NCBI GenBank assembly: GCA_963695875.1
Contig: CAVOID010000009.1
Coordinates: 187,568-251,567 of the forward strand
DNA length: 64,000 nucleotides
From: an uncultured delta proteobacterium
Lineage (GTDB): Bacteria > Desulfobacterota > Syntrophia > Syntrophales > UBA2185
Reading direction: 5' to 3'
Positions 59,426 to 64,000 of this stretch are shown piece by piece. Every line of letters starts with the position of its first letter. Within the stretch, counting starts at the first letter, position 1. The notes below the pieces were generated by a model that had not been told where the DNA came from, searched no databases, and saw only the letters and a list, made by a program, of their open reading frames with translations. Made by a program: the position numbers and the translations under genes.

Positions 59426-60079
59426 ATGGCCAAGGCACCACGCCACGCAGCGCTGTACGTGCGCGTGTCCACCGATCAGCAATCGGTCGACAACCAGATC
59501 CGGGAGCTTCGCCAGATCGCCGAGCGGCGCGGGTGGACCGTGGTCCACGTCTACTCCGACGCCGGCATTAGCGGCGCCAAGGGCCGGGACAAGCGGCCGG
59601 GGCTCGACGCAATGCTCAAGGACGCCAACCGGCGAAAGTTCGATGTGGTCATGGCCTGGGCCATCGATCGCCTAGGCCGGTCCCTGGTCGATCTGCTCGG
59701 CACCATCCAGCATCTGGAGGCGACAGGGGTGGACCTCTACCTCGACCAGCAGAACCTCGACACCACGACACCCATGGGGAAGCTGCTATTCCAGGTCACC
59801 GGGGCATTCGCTGAGTTCGAGCGAGCCATGATCCGACAGCGGGTTCGGGCCGGTCTCAGCACAATCAAGGAGAAGATTGCTCGCGACGGCAAGTTCATCA
59901 CCAAGGCTGGCAAGGTGCGCAGGCGGTTGGGGAGGCCTGGAGCGGAGCCTCAGAAGCTGGAAATAGCCCGCGCCAAGCTGGCGGAGGGTATTGGCATTGG
60001 GAAGGTGGCGAGGCTGACGGGTCTTGGAACCGGCACGGTGCACAGACTGAGACGAGAGATGGTTGCTCGCCACTTGTAA
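59426..60079 (+). CDS. Serine recombinase / resolvase
   Basis: YVRVST..Q, DAGISG, RPGL, DRLGRS, AEFERAMI..R, C-terminal HTH. Confidence 0.93.
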   Translation: MAKAPRHAALYVRVSTDQQSVDNQIRELRQIAERRGWTVVHVYSDAGISGAKGRDKRPGLDAMLKDANRRKFDVVMAWAIDRLGRSLVDLLGTIQHLEATGVDLYLDQQNLDTTTPMGKLLFQVTGAFAEFERAMIRQRVRAGLSTIKEKIARDGKFITKAGKVRRRLGRPGAEPQKLEIARAKLAEGIGIGKVARLTGLGTGTVHRLRREMVARHL

Positions 60080-60307
60080 CTTCACCGCCAGGCCGGCGGT
60101 ACCCTGGGAACAGACCAGGCGCTTTATTGCCGCCCCCTTCTTGCGCCCTGTAAAACGATGCCACTTTCCCTGGCACTTTGGCTATCGCTTTGCCGCTGTA
60201 GCCTTCAGGAGGAGTTCTCGGGGCGCAGGTCAGGGTTTGTCTCGATTCTCTTACTGCGTCCGGAAGGGCAGGGTCAAAGCTTCCACCCTCAAGAAAGGAC
60301 CTGGAAA

Positions 60308-61024
60308 ATGGCGAACGACCTAAGGAGCGTTCTCGCTGCAGCTGCGTTTATAGCAGCGGGGCTGGCACACTCGAACGCATCCGCGCAATCCAATCCTAAT
60401 GCGTCGGCTCAATCCAATCTTCGGGAGCGAATCGCCGCAGCAATTGAGATGATAGAAGGCGCCTGCGCCTCGGACGTGAGGAATTTCTGCGGCAACGTCA
60501 CGCGTGGTGAGGGTCGCCTGGTGCTGTGCATGCAGACCTACGATGATCAGTTGAGTAAGCGATGCCAGTTTGCGCTCTACCGCGTTTCGCGCAATCTCAA
60601 ATCCGTAGTAAGCCGAGTCGGCCGCATCGCTGATGCGTGCTGGAACGACATCCAAGAGAAATGCGGCGATGCGGACAAGATCGGGCAATGCGTAATAGAA
60701 AAGCGCGCCTCACTTTCGCAACCCTGCCAGACAGTCATCAACGATTTACAGCAGTCATACCAGGGTTTGGCAGCATTGAGGGGTCAGACCGTGCAAAGCG
60801 CGGACGGCAAGGAGCTCGGTCAAGTGGTCGAGGTAAAAAAGGACCCCGACGGCAAAATTCAGTCCATCCGGCTTGAGCTCGATCGGTGGCTTGGCCTTGG
60901 CTCCAAAGCCGTCACCATTACCGCCGACAAATTTGAGCAACTTGCCGACAAGGTTAGGCTACGCCTCCGGGGTGACGAGGTTCAGTCCATGCCGGACGAG
61001 ACGCAAAAACCGGCCGGCAAGTGA
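60308..61024 (+). CDS. Secreted Cys-rich-repeat plus PRC-barrel domain protein
   Basis: Signal peptide; ACASDV..FC...G...C...LS..C repeated twice; V.SADGKELG.V..V...DG...LGLGSK.V. Confidence 0.75.
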   Translation: MANDLRSVLAAAAFIAAGLAHSNASAQSNPNASAQSNLRERIAAAIEMIEGACASDVRNFCGNVTRGEGRLVLCMQTYDDQLSKRCQFALYRVSRNLKSVVSRVGRIADACWNDIQEKCGDADKIGQCVIEKRASLSQPCQTVINDLQQSYQGLAALRGQTVQSADGKELGQVVEVKKDPDGKIQSIRLELDRWLGLGSKAVTITADKFEQLADKVRLRLRGDEVQSMPDETQKPAGK

Positions 61025-61174
61025 TGCGTCACCGAGGCAATGGGATTGCGTAGCAAAGTCATCTCGTAACCATCACCTGGGTCCTGAATTGCCGGTGCCT
61101 GGGTGGTTTGTGCGCGCCCACGAAGCAGCAGCGGCCATCATGGCCACATCAGCACTGGAGGAGCCGATAAGCCC

Positions 61175-61420
61175 TCAAGGCCGTGGACCTCGTTGCAAGG
61201 ATCCGATGATTCGGTCAACCACAACGAGCGGCGGGGCAACAGCGACGAACATGGCCAGGCAGGCAGCCATGTTCATCAAGGCCTTCTGATGCCCAAGCTT
61301 TGTCACGTCGACGAATGGGTAGGGATACCAGTTAGTCAGGGCGCCGTGACCCACCGTCCAGAAGCCGTACAGGATGGGAGCGATGAGCGACGTGCCGATG
61401 ATGGATTGGTACCTTTTCAG
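61175..61420 (-). pseudogene. C-terminal fragment of a Pr6Pr-family membrane protein
   Basis: P..Y......G....WYPYPFVDV..LG. Confidence 0.55.
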
Positions 61421-61486
61421 TGAAGCTGAATATGCGGCAACCAATCGTCGCCTACACAGCCGGCGACCGATGCTGACAAGCAGGCG

Positions 61487-61705
61487 TTGGCAAAGCAATC
61501 CGACGCTCGCAAGCAGGAGATTAAGACGCGCGTTGCCGAGTGGCTAGCGACGTGTCTGACGGATTGGGATCAGGCCACGCATATGACCAAAAAGGAATGG
61601 CGAACAACATGCAACCGCGTGGCATCGGAGCGTGGCAAATTTCTGCTCGATAATCCGACTGTCGGCTCCATGTTCTTGGATGGCACAGGGGGTAAACAGC
61701 GTTGA
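61487..61705 (+). CDS. Small hypothetical protein or 5'-truncated fragment
   Basis: CLTDWDQATHMTKKEWRTTC motif; TTG start uncertain. Confidence 0.45.
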   Translation: MAKQSDARKQEIKTRVAEWLATCLTDWDQATHMTKKEWRTTCNRVASERGKFLLDNPTVGSMFLDGTGGKQR

Positions 61706-61834
61706 TGAAGCTGAGGTGCACGCGGTTCTGCGGGCGAGCGGTTGTTGTTTCGCCTGCGGCCGAGCGTGATCCCAGTTAGGCAAGCTCGCGAGTTCTCGCG
61801 CTCTAACAACAGAGCTGCGACGCCGATAAGTCGG

Positions 61835-62087
61835 CTACAGTTTCGTGATTGTTCGGCGCGCTTCACGGACCAGGGTTGCGCATGCCCGGCGAAGCACCAA
61901 CGTTTCGGCCGTGTACCGCCCATGCTTCCAGGCGCCGTTAGCCTTTCCCTCTTGGCGCCCCGCCCCGCGCCCCGTGAAACCGGCACACCTTCCACCCTCG
62001 CACCGCCGGCGCTCGGCACTTCAAACGGGAGCGCTTGCTCATGGCCGAGCAGCGCGGGGCCGCATTCATCCGCTGCACTAGGTTCAT
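61835..62087 (-). CDS. HGGxSTG-domain protein; apparent frameshift near 61943
   Basis: APRC.A.SKR....C..PAVRG..VCRFHG..GGAP.G then NGAWKHGRYT in the next frame. Confidence 0.7.
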
Positions 62088-62724
62088 GAGGTTGGCCTCC
62101 GTTTTTCTCAGTGCCCCCACCCCCCTGGCTCACGTCGCCGACGATGGCCTGGCCCCCGTCGTTGACGGTGACGTGCTGCACCTTGATCGTCTGCTCGCCG
62201 GCGGAGCGATATTTCTTCAGGGCCTCGACCTGGGCGGCGAACGTGCGCGCCAGCTTGTTGAGCATGGTGGAGGCGCTGTCTTGCTGCGGGACAGTTTCGA
62301 CGAAATTCAAGCGGCGCGCTGCGACCATGGTGGCGTTGTGGATCGCCGCCATCTGGGCCGCGAGCAGGGCCTCCGTCTCATCCTTGGGATTGATGCCGCG
62401 CACCAGGGCCAGCATGAAATCCAGTTCGCGCTTGGTTGCGATCTTTCCCGAACGTGACGCATCCACCAGCTGGGTCAGCAGGCCACTGGAAAACTCGAAG
62501 TCCCCGGTTGCGAGCGCATCAGCCAGCAGGACATGGCCCATGCGTGGATCGGGATGTTCCACGGCGATGCTGACCGTGCTCGGGCCGTTTTGTTCAATCT
62601 TGAATTGCGGGGATGGTGCCCGACGAGCGCGCCGTTCGCCAACGCGCGCTGTCGCTTCACGCTCGAGCTGGCTCGACACGTAGGGCGGTGGTTGATCGGT
62701 CGCCTTCTTTCTTCTCCCGCCCAT
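61938..62724 (-). CDS. Conserved mobile-element hypothetical protein preceding the HGGxSTG gene
   Basis: P.DETEALLAAQM..IH...M, NKLARTFAAQVEAL..YR...Q...VQHVTV..GGQAIVG.V; end inferred after one-base correction. Confidence 0.7.
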
Positions 62725-62891
62725 ACCGCCTCAAAGGACCTTGGCCAGGCTCTCGGCCACGCGGCCGGCGAGATTCTGACGGTTGTCTTCGAAACGCATG
62801 GTGGTTTGCCGACTGGCAGGCAGCCGACCGCCCGGGCCGGCATCGGCGCTGGAAGCTTGCTCGTCGGTAGATCGTGACGCTGGACATGGGC

Positions 62892-63095
62892 TCAGTCCTT
62901 GGCCTTGGCGTACTTCTTCAGGGCGTTGGCAATGGCGGCCTCCAGGATCTCGGAAACTGTCGTGTTGTGCTGGGCGGCGGCGATCTTCAGCGCTTGCCGG
63001 ATCTCCGGCTTCACGTACACGGTGACGGGGACGAGTCCTTCACGCGAGGGGGCGACATAACCGGGCTTGGGCACGGGCCTTACTCCACTCAACAT
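62892..63095 (-). CDS. Ribbon-helix-helix DNA-binding protein
   Basis: RBS AGGAGG; VTVYV.PE.RQALK..AA....TV.EIL..AI. Confidence 0.75.
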   Translation of the reverse strand: MLSGVRPVPKPGYVAPSREGLVPVTVYVKPEIRQALKIAAAQHNTTVSEILEAAIANALKKYAKAKD

Positions 63096-63191
63096 CAGGC
63101 CCTCCTGTAGCCCATATATGTTTACATGTCATCACATTGATCGGAGGCATAAGTCAAGTGTACATGTAGTCATGTGATCATTGCTGGCGAA

Positions 63192-63262
63192 GTCCGTTCT
63201 GTGGAGTGAAGCGGACATACCCTCGACACGTCGAGTTCGTCCGAGTCTGACCCTTAGCCGTT
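63192..63262. repeat. Paired GTCCG palindromic units, site B
   Basis: GTCCGTTCTGTGGAGTGAAGCGGAC, N22, GTCCGAGTCTGACCCTTAGCCGTT. Confidence 0.5.
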
Positions 63263-63513
63263 CACAAGCTTTGCGCACCGTCGCAGCGCAACATCTGCCA
63301 GGAGTAACGTTGGCGACAGCAACACGTGGCAGTCGCTGCGTCCCTGTTGTGACAAAGTACGACCGGCGCCACTGCGTCTTCCCCGGAATGGGGATACAGG
63401 TGACGAAAGATCTCGCCAAGTGAGCATCACGAGCCGGCGGGGATAAAGCTTGAGGACACAGCGTCTTTGCTCGACTAGCTCAAGTGTAGTATCTGCAGCG
63501 TTTCAGTCTGAAG

Positions 63514-64000
63514 GTGACCCGTGGCAAGCGAGTGGATTCGAGCCCTGCCAGGGGGTGGGGCACTACCAGGGATTTCGCCCAACGGTACGGCAGGAGTCGT
63601 GCTTTGGGCGATGTTAACGGTCTGTCTCGAGAAGCTATCGAGGCACTGCCTGCCGCGATCTATTGGACGGACGCCGAGGGACGCCTCATTTTTTACAACC
63701 AGGCTGCGGCCGAGCTTGGGGCTGCCGCCCCGAACTTGGCGAGAGCAAGTTCTGCGGTTCTTGGAAACTTTACTGGCCGGATGGCACGCCGCTGCCGCAT
63801 GACGAGTGCCCGATGGCGATGGCACTGCAGCAGAGGCGACCGATCCGTGGCATGGAAGCGGTAGCCGAGCGCCCCGACGGCACGCGGATTCCTTCCATCC
63901 CCTATCCGACGCCGTTGTTTGATCAATCCGGAAGATTGACCGGTGCCATCAACATGCTTGTCGATATCAGCGAGCAGGTTGAGGCGCGGCGCGCTCTTGC
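63514..64000 (+). CDS. PAS-domain sensor protein, frameshift near 63718, runs off the window
   Basis: ALPAAIY.TDAEGR..FYN.AA then PELG..FCGSWKLYWPDGTPLPHDECPMA...AERPDG...GAINMLVDIS. Confidence 0.78.

Noticed and set aside
1..64000. CRISPR array, rRNA or tRNA genes
   Set aside because: No regularly spaced direct repeats, cas genes or recognisable rRNA/tRNA sequence seen by eye

Overview
The window is a mosaic. Bases 1 to ~44227 are moderate-GC DNA with an anaerobic Desulfobacterota/Syntrophales-like gene set (taxonomy is inference from gene content). This part carries an M16C peptidase, an Ate/Bpt transferase, a MinD-DnaJ/HTH-SPOR operon, M23-deacetylase-DUF4015 genes, menA, perR-rbr, an IS1202-like element, aor-moaD, MoxR-VWA, a sigma54 activator with its target operon, an iorAB-xdhC-mocA-tauE cluster and an acyl-CoA ligase/dehydratase/activase operon. 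At ~44228 a QueG-like gene is cut mid-frame. About 2 kb of unrelated high-GC fragments follow (desaturase, HAO-like cytochrome, YegI-like kinase), then an Alphaproteobacteria-like accessory region (MASE1 kinase-FixJ-TerC, FimB-like recombinase, HNH/HEPN-like genes, ATP-dependent ligase, IS3, resolvase, HGGxSTG module). Many genes carry single-base frameshifts, probably sequencing indels. The best-supported hidden structure is a family of five 112-113 bp non-autonomous IS200/IS605-type elements (PATE-like), all inserted 3' of TGAA, whose guide tetranucleotides fit the family's target-pairing rule. Other leads are GTCCG..CGGAC recombination-like sites bracketing a 13 kb accessory block, a candidate nuclease/HEPN defence cassette and several unannotated repeated regulatory motifs. 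No rRNA, tRNA or CRISPR array was seen. All calls are by eye, without database searches.
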